DNA of 64,000 nt from Nitrosopumilus sp. (lineage in GTDB: Archaea > Thermoproteota > Nitrososphaeria > Nitrososphaerales > Nitrosopumilaceae): contig OZ250186.1 of NCBI GenBank assembly GCA_965238275.1, positions 704,001-768,000 of the forward strand, given 5' to 3'. Each line of letters starts with the position of its first letter. The stretch's first letter is position 1. Below are positions 9,547 to 19,382 of this stretch, one piece after another. The notes below the pieces were generated by a model, which saw only the letters and a list, made by a program, of their open reading frames with translations, ran no database searches and was not told where the DNA came from. The translations under genes were made by a program, and so were the position numbers.

Positions 9547-9765
9547 GTGCCTGACATGCCCGACAGAAGCCTTCTCAAAAAGGGCTCGCTTGTTGCAATA
9601 GAGACAAAGAGGAATCAGAAGACAGGAAACCTGACGTATGGTGCGATAGAATCCATTCTGACTTCAAGCCGATTCCACCCGCACGGGATAAAAGTCAGAC
9701 TGCAGGACGGGCAGGTCGGACGCGTCAAGCAGATGATTGGTTCCATGCCTGGGGATCCGGACTGA
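9547..9765 (+). CDS. YwbE family (DUF2196) protein
   Basis: KTGNLTYG...ILTSSRFHPHGIKVRLQDGQVGRV. Confidence 0.85.
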   Translation: MPDMPDRSLLKKGSLVAIETKRNQKTGNLTYGAIESILTSSRFHPHGIKVRLQDGQVGRVKQMIGSMPGDPD

Positions 9766-9937
9766 TCAGGTTCCCTGGATGTCATCAGATGGCCGGCCTC
9801 TGAACCACCATTACTGCATTTCTGGCGTTCTTTGTTACCAGCACGGCCATAATGCATGCCACACCAATGGAATCTTCGCCTTCCGGACTCGCCGTGACAG
9901 AAACCCTAAATTTTCTGCATGTGTTCTGATAGTTGAA

Positions 9938-10597
9938 TTGATTCCCACCGGCCTCCAAAAAATTGACAGGTTTCTGTCCGGTGGAATCCCGGACGGTGTA
10001 ATTACCGATATCTTTGGGGAGAACGGGACAGGCAAGACACAGATGCTGCTCCAGCTTGCAGCCGGCTCGATCATGGACGGGGGGCGCGTTCTATACCTGG
10101 ATACAACAGGCGGATTCAGACCCGAGCGCATCTTAAACATCCGGAATATTCGGGACTCGGTTCCGGATGTTCTTGACAGGATTACCGTGTCCCGCATAAT
10201 CAACACATCCGAGCAGGTAAGGGCGGTTCAAAACCTAAGGGGCGGTACATTCTCGCTGATCGTAATTGACAACATTACTGATCTCTTCTCCTACGAGTAC
10301 AAGGAGAAGGTACATGAGAAGAACATCCTGTTCATGAGGCACATGCATGAACTGTCCCGGTTTTCCACAGAATCCAGAATCCCGGTGGTTGTTACAAACA
10401 TGATCAGAATGTTTCAGGATCGCGAGGTTGAAAACATGAAGGCCGCCATTGATCCATTCACGCACATCAAGATTCATCTGAGCAGGAGGAGGAGGGCCCA
10501 ATCGGGTTTCCGGGGAAGGATCTGGTGGGCCATGGCAGGCATGGACTTCTCCTACATGATTCACGCATCAGGCATATCCGAGGACGGTTCTGTATGA
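9938..10597 (+). CDS. RadA/RadB paralog (RecA-fold ATPase)
   Basis: Probable TTG start LIPTGLQKIDRFLSGGI; Walker A GENGTGKT; YLDT..GFRPER; LIVID. Confidence 0.85.
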   Translation: MIPTGLQKIDRFLSGGIPDGVITDIFGENGTGKTQMLLQLAAGSIMDGGRVLYLDTTGGFRPERILNIRNIRDSVPDVLDRITVSRIINTSEQVRAVQNLRGGTFSLIVIDNITDLFSYEYKEKVHEKNILFMRHMHELSRFSTESRIPVVVTNMIRMFQDREVENMKAAIDPFTHIKIHLSRRRRAQSGFRGRIWWAMAGMDFSYMIHASGISEDGSV

Positions 10598-10669
10598 CGC
10601 GGCAGAACCAAACGATTGCCCAAAAGGCATTCTCGCTAGATATTTAACAGTTGGAGTCATAGCCTATGA

Positions 10670-10789
10670 ATGGCAGGAATATTTGACTCAATCCCAATAA
10701 TCACCGTAGCCATGTTTATCATCGGCTTGGTTGGCGTAGTTGCTTATGAAAGAACACGATCAAACACGGCAGACAAACCAGACTCTTAG
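10670..10789 (+). CDS. Small single-TM protein (39 aa)
   Basis: Manual translation MAGIFDSIPIITVAMFIIGLVGVVAYERTRSNTADKPDS*. TATA-like TATTTAA about 25 nt upstream. Confidence 0.5.
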   Translation: MAGIFDSIPIITVAMFIIGLVGVVAYERTRSNTADKPDS

Positions 10790-13481
10790 ATCCCTGTTTG
10801 AAAAATTCGGTTTTTCCAACCTGACTGAGATTCAGAAAAAGGCATCTCCGACAGTCCTGCAGAAGCGGGACTGTCTGATCATTGCCCCGACAGGCTCGGG
10901 CAAGACCGAGTGCTCTGCAATCCCAATCTTCTCCCTTCTCAGGGGCTGCCGGGCAGACGGACGAATCAAGGCACTCTACATAACCCCACTCCGCGCGCTG
11001 AATCGCGACGTATTCCGAAGAATCACAAGATATGCCAACGAATCGGGCCTGTCCATAGCGATCAGGCACGGCGACACCTCCCGGGGGGACAGGAAGCGAA
11101 TCACCGAGAACCCGCCTGACATCCTCATCACAACACCTGAGACACTGGTCATTCTTCTGACACAGCCAAAGGTGCTTGACGCACTATCCGAACTGGAATG
11201 GGTCATAGTCGACGAGGTTCACGAGCTGCTTGCAAGCGAGAGGGGCGCCCAGCTCTCGCTGAGTATCGAGCGGCTGGAATTCAATTCCCGGTACTCCCTT
11301 ACAAGGGTGGGGCTGTCTGCCACAGTGGGCAACCCCATGCATGCTGCAAAGTTTCTGGTAGGCACCAAGCGAAAGTGCCGGATAGTAAGGGACACGTCGG
11401 TGAGGCGGTACGATGTGGATATAAGATATGTGGAAGGCACCATCACTGACGTCGCAGAGGAGATCATACGGTACATCCAGAAGATGGAACTTGACTCGCC
11501 GATACTCCTCTTTACCAACACGCGGGGCGAGGCGGAATTTCTGGCCTCAATTCTCAAGGAGAAATCCTCGATGAGGATAGATCTGCACCACGGTTCCCTG
11601 TCCCGGGAGGTCCGGGAGGACACTGAGGAGTCCCTTCGCCAGGGAGGGCACCACATCGTGGTGTGTACCTCGTCACTGGAACTGGGACTGGATATAGGCT
11701 CAGTCGAACTGGTAGTCCATTACGGCTCCCCAAGACAGGTATCAAAGTTTGTCCAGCGGATAGGGCGCAGCAGACACAACAGGGCAGAGTCGGCCCAGGG
11801 CCTGATAATTACAAACAATCCCGACGACGAGTTTGAGGCAAGAGCCATACTTGAGCGCATACAGGAGGGTTCGATCGAGGAACAGAAGATTCATTCAGAC
11901 TCCCTTGACGTCCTGGCACACCATCTGGTCGGGCTTGCCATGCAGCTTGGCGAGGTCACTGTGGAACAAGCATACACGCTGGTCACAAAGGCCTACCCGT
12001 TCCGGAACCTGCATCTGAGTGATCTGGGAGGCGTGCTTGATCTGCTTGACTCCAACTTCATCCTTCTCTTTGACCGGAACCGTATGTCCTTTAGGAAGAA
12101 GGGTGGCTCCTTCCGGTACTACTTTGAGAATCTCTCGACCATCCCGGATATCCTAAAGTTCAAGGTCTTTGACAGCGTGGGCAAGAGAATCATAGGCTCG
12201 CTGGACCAGAGGTTTGTAGGCGACTTTGGAGACACGGGCAACATCTTTGTGCTCAAGGGGTCGCAGTGGAAGATACTCAACGTGGATGAAAAGTCGTTTT
12301 CCGTCAACGTCGAACCGTTTCGGGGCGGCGGGATCACCGTCCCATACTGGGAGGGAGAGAACATTCCAATAGACTACAGGACGGCAGAAAAGGTGGCAGG
12401 ATTCCGCACCCGGGTCAGGCATGGCTCCGCCAAGCTCTCAAGCAGAGTGATCCGGGATCTGGACTTTGAGATGCCTGAAGGCAACCACCTTACAGTAGAA
12501 TCAAACAGGATCCAGGGATCCATAGTGATTCACTCCTGCCTTGGAACAAGGATCAACTCGACCCTGTCTACGCTCCTCTCCTCCATGCTCTCTGCAGTGC
12601 TGGGATCCACAGTCGACTCCCGCTCAGACGGCTACAGGATAGCCCTGTCGTCCCGATCCAGAATATCCCGGGATGTGTTCCTTGGAGTCCTGAATGACGA
12701 CTATGACCTCTACTCCGTGGTGGGGGCGTCCCTGACTGGAACGCACAACGTCAACTGGAGGACATGGTGCGTTGCCAAAAAATTCGGAATAGTGGGGCGC
12801 GGAGCCATCTATGAACGCAAGTCTGCCAGATTCCTCTACGAGCGGTACTCCAAGACCGTGCTTGTCGACGAGGCGCTCCGCGAACTGTTCCATGACAAGT
12901 ACGACTTGGACGGAACAGAAGAGATCCTCAAGGGGATCCGCCGGGGGGAGACTCGGGTGGAGTGGCTTGAAGTCGACAAATTCTCCAAGCTGGCAGAGCC
13001 CATTCTGGACCACACCTCAAAGTACTATGCCTCACCTGCAAGCCTTGACAAGGGAATCATTGATCTTGTCAAGGCAAGGCTGAACAAGACAAGGCACCGA
13101 CTGCTCTGCGCGCGGTGCGGAAGATGGGAGAAGGTCGTCGAGACCCATCAGGTGAGCGGCCCCTTGGCATGCCCATACTGCAAGTGCAGGCAGATCACCA
13201 CCACGTTCTACTCTGACTATGACCTGCAAAAGATCATCCAAAAGAAGCACGGAGGAAAAAGCCTGTCTGCGCAAGAACAGCACAAGTTTGAGCGCGCCTG
13301 GAAGGTCTCCTCGCTGGTGGAGAATTTTGGCAAGACTGCAATCGTTGTAATGTCCGGGTACGGGGTGGGTGCAGACACTGCGGCCAGGATTCTGAGGAAC
13401 ATGGTGGATGAGGAGTACCTCTTCAAACAGATCTACGAGGCAGAAAGGCAGTATGTCGTGACCCGGGGATTCTGGGACTAG
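10746..13481 (+). CDS. lhr: Lhr-like ATP-dependent SF2 helicase
   Basis: APTGSGKT, YITPLRALNRD, DEVHEL, SAT, HHGSLS, QRIGRS; C-terminal Zn-binding CxxC pairs. Confidence 0.92.
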   Translation: MKEHDQTRQTNQTLRSLFEKFGFSNLTEIQKKASPTVLQKRDCLIIAPTGSGKTECSAIPIFSLLRGCRADGRIKALYITPLRALNRDVFRRITRYANESGLSIAIRHGDTSRGDRKRITENPPDILITTPETLVILLTQPKVLDALSELEWVIVDEVHELLASERGAQLSLSIERLEFNSRYSLTRVGLSATVGNPMHAAKFLVGTKRKCRIVRDTSVRRYDVDIRYVEGTITDVAEEIIRYIQKMELDSPILLFTNTRGEAEFLASILKEKSSMRIDLHHGSLSREVREDTEESLRQGGHHIVVCTSSLELGLDIGSVELVVHYGSPRQVSKFVQRIGRSRHNRAESAQGLIITNNPDDEFEARAILERIQEGSIEEQKIHSDSLDVLAHHLVGLAMQLGEVTVEQAYTLVTKAYPFRNLHLSDLGGVLDLLDSNFILLFDRNRMSFRKKGGSFRYYFENLSTIPDILKFKVFDSVGKRIIGSLDQRFVGDFGDTGNIFVLKGSQWKILNVDEKSFSVNVEPFRGGGITVPYWEGENIPIDYRTAEKVAGFRTRVRHGSAKLSSRVIRDLDFEMPEGNHLTVESNRIQGSIVIHSCLGTRINSTLSTLLSSMLSAVLGSTVDSRSDGYRIALSSRSRISRDVFLGVLNDDYDLYSVVGASLTGTHNVNWRTWCVAKKFGIVGRGAIYERKSARFLYERYSKTVLVDEALRELFHDKYDLDGTEEILKGIRRGETRVEWLEVDKFSKLAEPILDHTSKYYASPASLDKGIIDLVKARLNKTRHRLLCARCGRWEKVVETHQVSGPLACPYCKCRQITTTFYSDYDLQKIIQKKHGGKSLSAQEQHKFERAWKVSSLVENFGKTAIVVMSGYGVGADTAARILRNMVDEEYLFKQIYEAERQYVVTRGFWD

Positions 13482-14899
13482 TCTTCCTGAAATTTGTCCT
13501 TGGGCTGGTTCTTCTTCCTTATTTGGGAAAACGCAGTCAGGGACAGCTCGACACCGCCCTCAAATCCCGCCCTTGCGTTGACTCCGGTGATATGTATGAT
13601 GTCCCCAAGCTGGCATCCGTCAAGAAGTGCTGCCTGATCCCTCCATCCCTTCACTGAGATGGGACCGGTATCATCCTCCACATACATCTCCGAGAGTGCG
13701 ACCAGATCTCCGGACTTTGTCTGGACCTCGCGCCTCTCGCCGGCCTTTAGGACTATGGCCTCGATACAGTAGATCCTGTCCGGCTTTATCTGGTTTATCT
13801 TTGTCCTGACTTCTGACAGCGACGGGATGGTGCCGTCATCATCCATCTTTCTTACAAACGAGTTCCCGTCAAGCGTTACAGAGCTGCCATACACCTTTGA
13901 GGGCATGAACTCCACCACATCACCCTCGACACACGCGCCTGTCATGCTTGCAGAATCCGTTATGCTGTATATCGCCCTGCCCGAACCCGTCCCGAGTATC
14001 AGGCTTCTGCCTCCGTCGGTCCTGATTATGGACAGGATTCTTACAACAACGGGCTTTATGTCCCCGCCCTTGATCTCAATTACGGTCGCATCATCGCCAT
14101 GGATCTCCATTCCCTGATTTCCATTCTTGATCCTTATTCCGAGCAGCCTTGCCTCAGAAGACTCCTCGATCATGTCTGGAATGCTGGATTCGTCCTTTCC
14201 CCAGAGGACTACCGGCATTGCAGCTCCGCTCTTTCCCCTGAGCCTCATCTTGAGTGCCTTGCCTGGCTGGCCCCTAGAGTTGGTAAACTCCATGCCAAAC
14301 ACCCTTCCTTCAATGACTCCCCTTACCACCACATCCTTCTGTCCCTCCTGCAGTTCGTCTACATCCTTTGTAATGGAGTCTATGGACGGAATCGTGCTTT
14401 GTGCGTCTGCCGGCTCAATACTGGAGCCAGACCCTACATTGATTGTAGGGGCGCCTGTCATATCCGATTTTACGTATGCCTTTATTATCCTGACCAAATC
14501 CCCTGGTCTGAGATCCTCGATTCCTGGAAGCATTGCCTTTTCATCCCACATCTTTACGCTTGCCGTTGTGTCTGCATCATACACTGTCATGGTTCTGAGG
14601 TGGAACGGCGAGCCGTCCTTTCTTGAAAACTGTTTTGCAGGCGAGATGTTCAGAACCTTTGCCTCAAGCGTGATCTCCTTTGCACCTGCATACAGGTCCT
14701 TCAACTCCATCTCTATCTTTTGCGGCGTTGCAAGATCCAGTCCCATCTCAGAGGCAATCAGGAACAGTGCCCCGCTGTCAGTCAGGTATCCTGCACCAAT
14801 CTTGTCCTTCTTTATCCTTATCCTGTCCATGATGTCATCTGATGTCAGTTCAGGTTTGAGCTCAAGCAACTTGCTGAGAAGATCATCATACTCTGTCAA
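13478..14899 (-). CDS. rpa: Replication protein A / multi-OB-fold ssDNA-binding protein
   Basis: Likely TTG start (LTEYDDLL); repeated OB folds (FSRKDG, DDTGPISVKGW). Confidence 0.85.
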   Translation of the reverse strand: MTEYDDLLSKLLELKPELTSDDIMDRIRIKKDKIGAGYLTDSGALFLIASEMGLDLATPQKIEMELKDLYAGAKEITLEAKVLNISPAKQFSRKDGSPFHLRTMTVYDADTTASVKMWDEKAMLPGIEDLRPGDLVRIIKAYVKSDMTGAPTINVGSGSSIEPADAQSTIPSIDSITKDVDELQEGQKDVVVRGVIEGRVFGMEFTNSRGQPGKALKMRLRGKSGAAMPVVLWGKDESSIPDMIEESSEARLLGIRIKNGNQGMEIHGDDATVIEIKGGDIKPVVVRILSIIRTDGGRSLILGTGSGRAIYSITDSASMTGACVEGDVVEFMPSKVYGSSVTLDGNSFVRKMDDDGTIPSLSEVRTKINQIKPDRIYCIEAIVLKAGERREVQTKSGDLVALSEMYVEDDTGPISVKGWRDQAALLDGCQLGDIIHITGVNARAGFEGGVELSLTAFSQIRKKNQPKDKFQED

Positions 14900-15104
14900 G
14901 CCATTACGTGGTAACCCCGTTCCATTAATAAGAATTTCATTATGGCCGGTTCGGGTATGGATATGGGAATCTGCAGGTGCACATGCGGTAGACGCAACCT
15001 GTGCTGCAGGACGGTCGTATCCTGCACCATCATATCCCAAGGCACGCACAGCCTGCCGTGGCTGCAAGAATTGACTAAATAAGCGGCGGCATGATGATCC
15101 CTGC

Positions 15105-16043
15105 ATGATGTCCATTGACGTAAGACACCTCTCAAAGTCGTACGGCTCAGTCAGGGCAGTGGACGACATTACACTTTCAGTCAGACAGGGCCAGGTGTTT
15201 GGATTTCTGGGACCCAACGGGGCAGGAAAGTCAACCTCCATCAAGCTTCTCACCACCCTCATTCCCCCCTCAAGCGGTTCGCTTTCCATACTGGGCGTGG
15301 ATGCAATAAGGGATCCCCTCAGGGTGCGTCACAGGATAGGAGTTGTGCTGCAACAGCCAAGCTACGAGTCGACGCTCTCAGTTGAGAAGGCACTTGACAA
15401 GTACGGGATGATGTGGAACGTACCCAAGAGAGAGCGCCGGATCAGGACAGAACAACTGTTGAAGGATTTTGATCTTGTAGAAATCAGAAAGAAGCGAAAC
15501 GAGGATCTCTCCATAGGACAGCGGAGAAGGGTCCAGGTGGCCCGCGAGTTCATGCACGACATGGATCTTCTGTTTCTGGACGAGCCTACTGCCGGACTGG
15601 ATCCCGGTGCCAGGCGGAACCTGTTGGACTACCTAAAGAACAAGGTGCGTGACGGGCTGACAATATTCTACACCACACACATACTGACTGAGGCCGAGTA
15701 TCTCTGTGATGAGATTGCAATAATCGATCATGGGAGGATACTTACTGTTGACACTCCTGATGCGCTAAAGAACAGATTTGGCAAGGAGAAGACCATCAAG
15801 ATCCATCTCTTAAAGAGGATGCCAGAGGTATCCCCGCTGCTCTCCAAAATACCGGACTGCAGGATTAGTCTTGAGAGCGGGACTGACATCATAATATATT
15901 CAAGACAGTCGGAGCTGGTGCTGCAGCAGGTATTGAAGATACTCAGCGACAACCATATCACAGTAGATGATCTCTCGGCGGTTCCGACAAACCTTGAGGA
16001 GATATTTCTAAAGATGGTGGGGAAGAATGCACCCGATAATTAG
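15105..16043 (+). CDS. ABC transporter ATP-binding protein (DrrA-like)
   Basis: GPNGAGKS, LSIGQRRR, LFLDEPT. Confidence 0.93.
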   Translation: MMSIDVRHLSKSYGSVRAVDDITLSVRQGQVFGFLGPNGAGKSTSIKLLTTLIPPSSGSLSILGVDAIRDPLRVRHRIGVVLQQPSYESTLSVEKALDKYGMMWNVPKRERRIRTEQLLKDFDLVEIRKKRNEDLSIGQRRRVQVAREFMHDMDLLFLDEPTAGLDPGARRNLLDYLKNKVRDGLTIFYTTHILTEAEYLCDEIAIIDHGRILTVDTPDALKNRFGKEKTIKIHLLKRMPEVSPLLSKIPDCRISLESGTDIIIYSRQSELVLQQVLKILSDNHITVDDLSAVPTNLEEIFLKMVGKNAPDN

Positions 16044-16788
16044 GCTTGTCAACCGGAACCTCACAGTATCCCTCAATCCGGGGTTCTTGATATGGCAGGT
16101 CATATTCCCGTTGATCTACATCTTTGTTGCAGGATTTGCCTATGCCCAGCTAATCCCCGAGGTCCAGTACGGCTCAAAGAGTCTGAGCTATCCGGCGTTT
16201 CTGGCATCAGGAATGATCGGGTTCAACATCATGAATAGCACGCTCATATCAGGCATACTCATCTGGAACGACAGACGGGACGGGATGTTTGAGCAGATAA
16301 TGTCCGGACCGTTCACCAGAAACCACTACATACTTGGCAACATATGCACGATAGGCATAATCGGCCTGATTAGCGCAGCCATGATAGCCCTGGTCGGGTT
16401 CCCCGTATTCGTCGGATCCATAGAGTTCTCACTGATTACCATCCCGCTGATAGTGTTTGGTGCGGTTGCAGGCTCCGTACTGTTTGGATCGCTGGCATCG
16501 ATAATCTCTACAAGAATGCGCTCAAGCGAGGGATTTAACGTGATAATCAACACCGTCTTTCTGTTCTTTGCGTTTGTCAGCACGGCATTTTATCCTGCAG
16601 AGGGGGTACCCGAGCCGCTGCGTACGGCATTCTACCTGAACCCACTGACCTATCTTGTAGACGTGATCAGGGCCGGAATCTTTGGAACCGTTACCGAGTT
16701 TGTCATTGTTGAGATTGCAGTTCTTGCTGGTCTGGCATCTGCGCTGTTCATAGTTGCATCCAGACTCCTCACAAGACTGGACTTTTAA
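16027..16788 (+). CDS. ABC-2 type transporter permease
   Basis: Six TM segments, NPLTYLVD motif; overlaps the ATPase gene. Confidence 0.9.
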   Translation: MHPIIRLVNRNLTVSLNPGFLIWQVIFPLIYIFVAGFAYAQLIPEVQYGSKSLSYPAFLASGMIGFNIMNSTLISGILIWNDRRDGMFEQIMSGPFTRNHYILGNICTIGIIGLISAAMIALVGFPVFVGSIEFSLITIPLIVFGAVAGSVLFGSLASIISTRMRSSEGFNVIINTVFLFFAFVSTAFYPAEGVPEPLRTAFYLNPLTYLVDVIRAGIFGTVTEFVIVEIAVLAGLASALFIVASRLLTRLDF

Positions 16789-16875
16789 TATCCTGCCGGC
16801 CTCCGGTACAGCCAGTTTACGCATCAGGTACTGTCATGATGTCCATGGATGCCAGACCATGTTTTGGAGCAGTGC

Positions 16876-16917
16876 ACCACCACCACCACCACCACCACCA
16901 CCACCACCACCACCACC
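16876..16917. repeat. (CAC)n trinucleotide microsatellite, about 14 units
   Basis: Perfect CAC run, intergenic, downstream of tRNA-Gln. Confidence 0.9.
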
Positions 16918-16985
16918 CCGGCATGTCGGTTTCAAGTCATCAAGCTTGAAGTTTTTGGATGCAAGGTACTGCAGCCTCGGGTGTA

Positions 16986-17058
16986 TAGCCCGGCCCAGAT
17001 TCGAACTGGGGTCGAGGGCTCCAAAGGCCCCCATGCTTGACCACTACACTACCGGGCT
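16986..17058 (-). tRNA. tRNA-Gln (TTG)
   Basis: Reverse complement AGCCCGGTAGTGTAGTGGTCAAGCATGGGGGCCTTTGGAGCCCTCGACCCCAGTTCGAATCTGGGCCGGGCTA folds as a cloverleaf with anticodon TTG. Confidence 0.95.
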
Positions 17059-17292
17059 GCAAGATCGAGCACGTCTGTTCCCTTAATGAACTTTCTATGT
17101 GGTGTATCATCCAGAAAGTAGCACATCCCATGCTGGAAACGCGCAGGATCCTGGATTCATTCCTTAATTGCCTGCCTGTACGTCCAAAGAACCGCGTATG
17201 CCAGGGGGCAGAAGTGCAGGCCTGCGTACTCGAATCCTGCAGTATACGAGTACGGTCAATAAGTTTTTTTGTTCTGCCATGTCTGTACTTGC

Positions 17293-18432
17293 ATGGGGAC
17301 AGTCAAAGTAGTGGTGTATGGTCTCAGTACGGAAGGATATGCTATTGCATGCCAGATGGCGATCAGGGGCGCAAATGTCTGCATAATAGACGAGTCCACC
17401 ACCTCTGCAATCCAGATCTCAGCAGAGATTGCAAGAACCTATCCTGATGTATCCTCCTTCAAGGAGGACGAACCCATTCTGCCGATGGAACCTATCAATA
17501 CGGCCATCTCACATGCACAATACCTCTTCTTTACCCCACTGATCCGGCAGACTGGGCAGGACATCAGAATCGAGATCAGTTCCAAGTTCAAGGACGCAAC
17601 CGCCCCGCTGAAGAAGAACAGCTCGGTAGTATTTTCACTCCCAGCCAGACTTGGTGGCAACAGCGAAACCATCACACTGCTTGAGCATGTGACGGGCTTT
17701 GAGGTGGGAAAGAGCATCTCATACTTTTATTATCCACTGAACGACCAGAGCAGGCAGCCCAGATTTATTGGATCCTTCAACGGAAAGAATGACGAGGTTC
17801 TGTCCGGCCTGCTTGCAAGCGGCAAAAAGGAGAAGAAGTTTGTCACAATCACATCCTCTGAGAACTTTCATGCAATCGACGTCCTGACAGGATTCTCGAA
17901 TCTCTGCAGTATTCTGGAGACTTGCAGACACGTACCTGACGAGACTACGAGGAATAACATGGCATCTGACGGTTTTGAGGATATGTTTCTAGACGGGATG
18001 GTCAGCGGCCTGTTTGATCTCAAGATACTGACCTCGTCCCTTGAGAGGACAAACACGCTGATGTATCTGATTAACGGAGGAGTCAAGGGCATTGATGGCT
18101 ACATCAAGCGACTGACTGATGAGATTCGTGCCATACTAAAGAAGAACGAGATCAAGGCAAGCCGGACCAAGGTGGTGCTGTGCTGGGCACTTGACCGGTA
18201 TGCAATGCGCGGAGACAAGATTGAGATACGTCACACGCTGGCATCCCGACTCAGGGACTATATAGGCGATGTTGAAATGCGTGGAGAACATGACTTTGAC
18301 ATGTACCACACAGACAAGACTACCATCTTTGTAGTGTGCACCAAGTCTGATCTTGAAAACACCCGCAAGATCGGAGGGGACTCGGCCCTGATGATTGTAA
18401 AGGCCAATCCGATGTGCGATGTAATTCAATAA
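17293..18432 (+). CDS. Nucleotide-sugar dehydrogenase-like protein (degenerate)
   Basis: N-terminal Rossmann-like VVVYGLSTEG; overall layout resembles the UDP-sugar dehydrogenase family. Confidence 0.55.
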   Translation: MGTVKVVVYGLSTEGYAIACQMAIRGANVCIIDESTTSAIQISAEIARTYPDVSSFKEDEPILPMEPINTAISHAQYLFFTPLIRQTGQDIRIEISSKFKDATAPLKKNSSVVFSLPARLGGNSETITLLEHVTGFEVGKSISYFYYPLNDQSRQPRFIGSFNGKNDEVLSGLLASGKKEKKFVTITSSENFHAIDVLTGFSNLCSILETCRHVPDETTRNNMASDGFEDMFLDGMVSGLFDLKILTSSLERTNTLMYLINGGVKGIDGYIKRLTDEIRAILKKNEIKASRTKVVLCWALDRYAMRGDKIEIRHTLASRLRDYIGDVEMRGEHDFDMYHTDKTTIFVVCTKSDLENTRKIGGDSALMIVKANPMCDVIQ

Positions 18433-18463
18433 GCGTATAAATTAGATTGGCTGGCATTCTGAC

Positions 18464-19381
18464 TTGATATTGTCCAGAACCAATCCAGACGAAACTCCCG
18501 CAGACGAGCCATCAGAGGCGCCACCCGGGGAACCATCAGAGGCGCCACCCGGGGAACCATCAGAGGCGCCACCCGGGGAACCATCAGAGGCGCCACCCGG
18601 GGAACCATCAGAGGCGCCACCCGGGGAACCATCAGAGGCGCCACCCGGGGAACCATCAGAGGCGCCACCCGGGGAACCATCAGAGGCGCCACCCGGGGAA
18701 CCATCAGAGGCGCCACCCGGGGAACCATCAGAGGCGCCACCCGGGGAACCATCAGAGGCGCCACCCGGGGAACCATCAGAGGCGCCACCCGGGGAACCAT
18801 CAGAAGCGCCACCCGGGGAACCATCAGAGGCGCCACCCGGGGAACCATCAGAGGCGCCACCCGGGGAACCATCAGAGGCGCCACCCGGGGAACCATCAGA
18901 GGCGCCACCCGGGGATGTGGCAGAGCCTGAACCCGATATGCTGGATCTGGAGAGGGCCAAAACTGCCGAGTATGAGGAGAAGCTGAAGCGGGCACTTGCA
19001 GACTATGAGAACCTGTCCAGAAAGATGCAGTCTGACATAAAGGGCGGCATCCGTGCAAAGATAGACGAATTCGTACTGGATCTTCTCAAGATACATGACG
19101 ACTTTGTCAGGGCCATCACCGTCTTTGCAGAAAACGGGGTCAAGACAGACGGTCTTGACTCCATCCTGAAAAACATGGACTCGATGCTCAAAAAGTATGA
19201 GGTATCTCCGATTGATGCACTCGGGGAGATCTTTGATCCAAATCTTCACGAGGCAGTATCCGTGGTGGATGATCCCGATCTGGATGATGGCACCATCGTC
19301 AGAGAGATTCGGAAAGGATATATTTCTCACAACTTGGCAGTAAGACCGTCGCTGGTGGAAATTTCAAAGAGGAGTATGTAA
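18464..19381 (+). CDS. grpE: Nucleotide exchange factor GrpE with an N-terminal tandem repeat
   Basis: [20 protein letters not shown]...RPSLV; directly upstream of dnaK. Confidence 0.93.
   Translation: MILSRTNPDETPADEPSEAPPGEPSEAPPGEPSEAPPGEPSEAPPGEPSEAPPGEPSEAPPGEPSEAPPGEPSEAPPGEPSEAPPGEPSEAPPGEPSEAPPGEPSEAPPGEPSEAPPGEPSEAPPGEPSEAPPGEPSEAPPGEPSEAPPGDVAEPEPDMLDLERAKTAEYEEKLKRALADYENLSRKMQSDIKGGIRAKIDEFVLDLLKIHDDFVRAITVFAENGVKTDGLDSILKNMDSMLKKYEVSPIDALGEIFDPNLHEAVSVVDDPDLDDGTIVREIRKGYISHNLAVRPSLVEISKRSM
18506..18913 (+). repeat. 24-bp coding tandem repeat x17 (EPSEAPPG)
   Basis: Unit GAACCATCAGAGGCGCCACCCGGG; 408 bp, nearly perfect. Confidence 0.95.
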
Positions 19382-19382
19382 A

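Noticed and set aside
14900-15289. N-terminal extension of RPA in the ORF track
   Set aside because: It overlaps the divergent ABC ATPase gene; TTG at 14899 is the more plausible start.
18426-19058. Minus-strand repeat ORFs over grpE
   Set aside because: Shadow frames of the 24-bp repeat.
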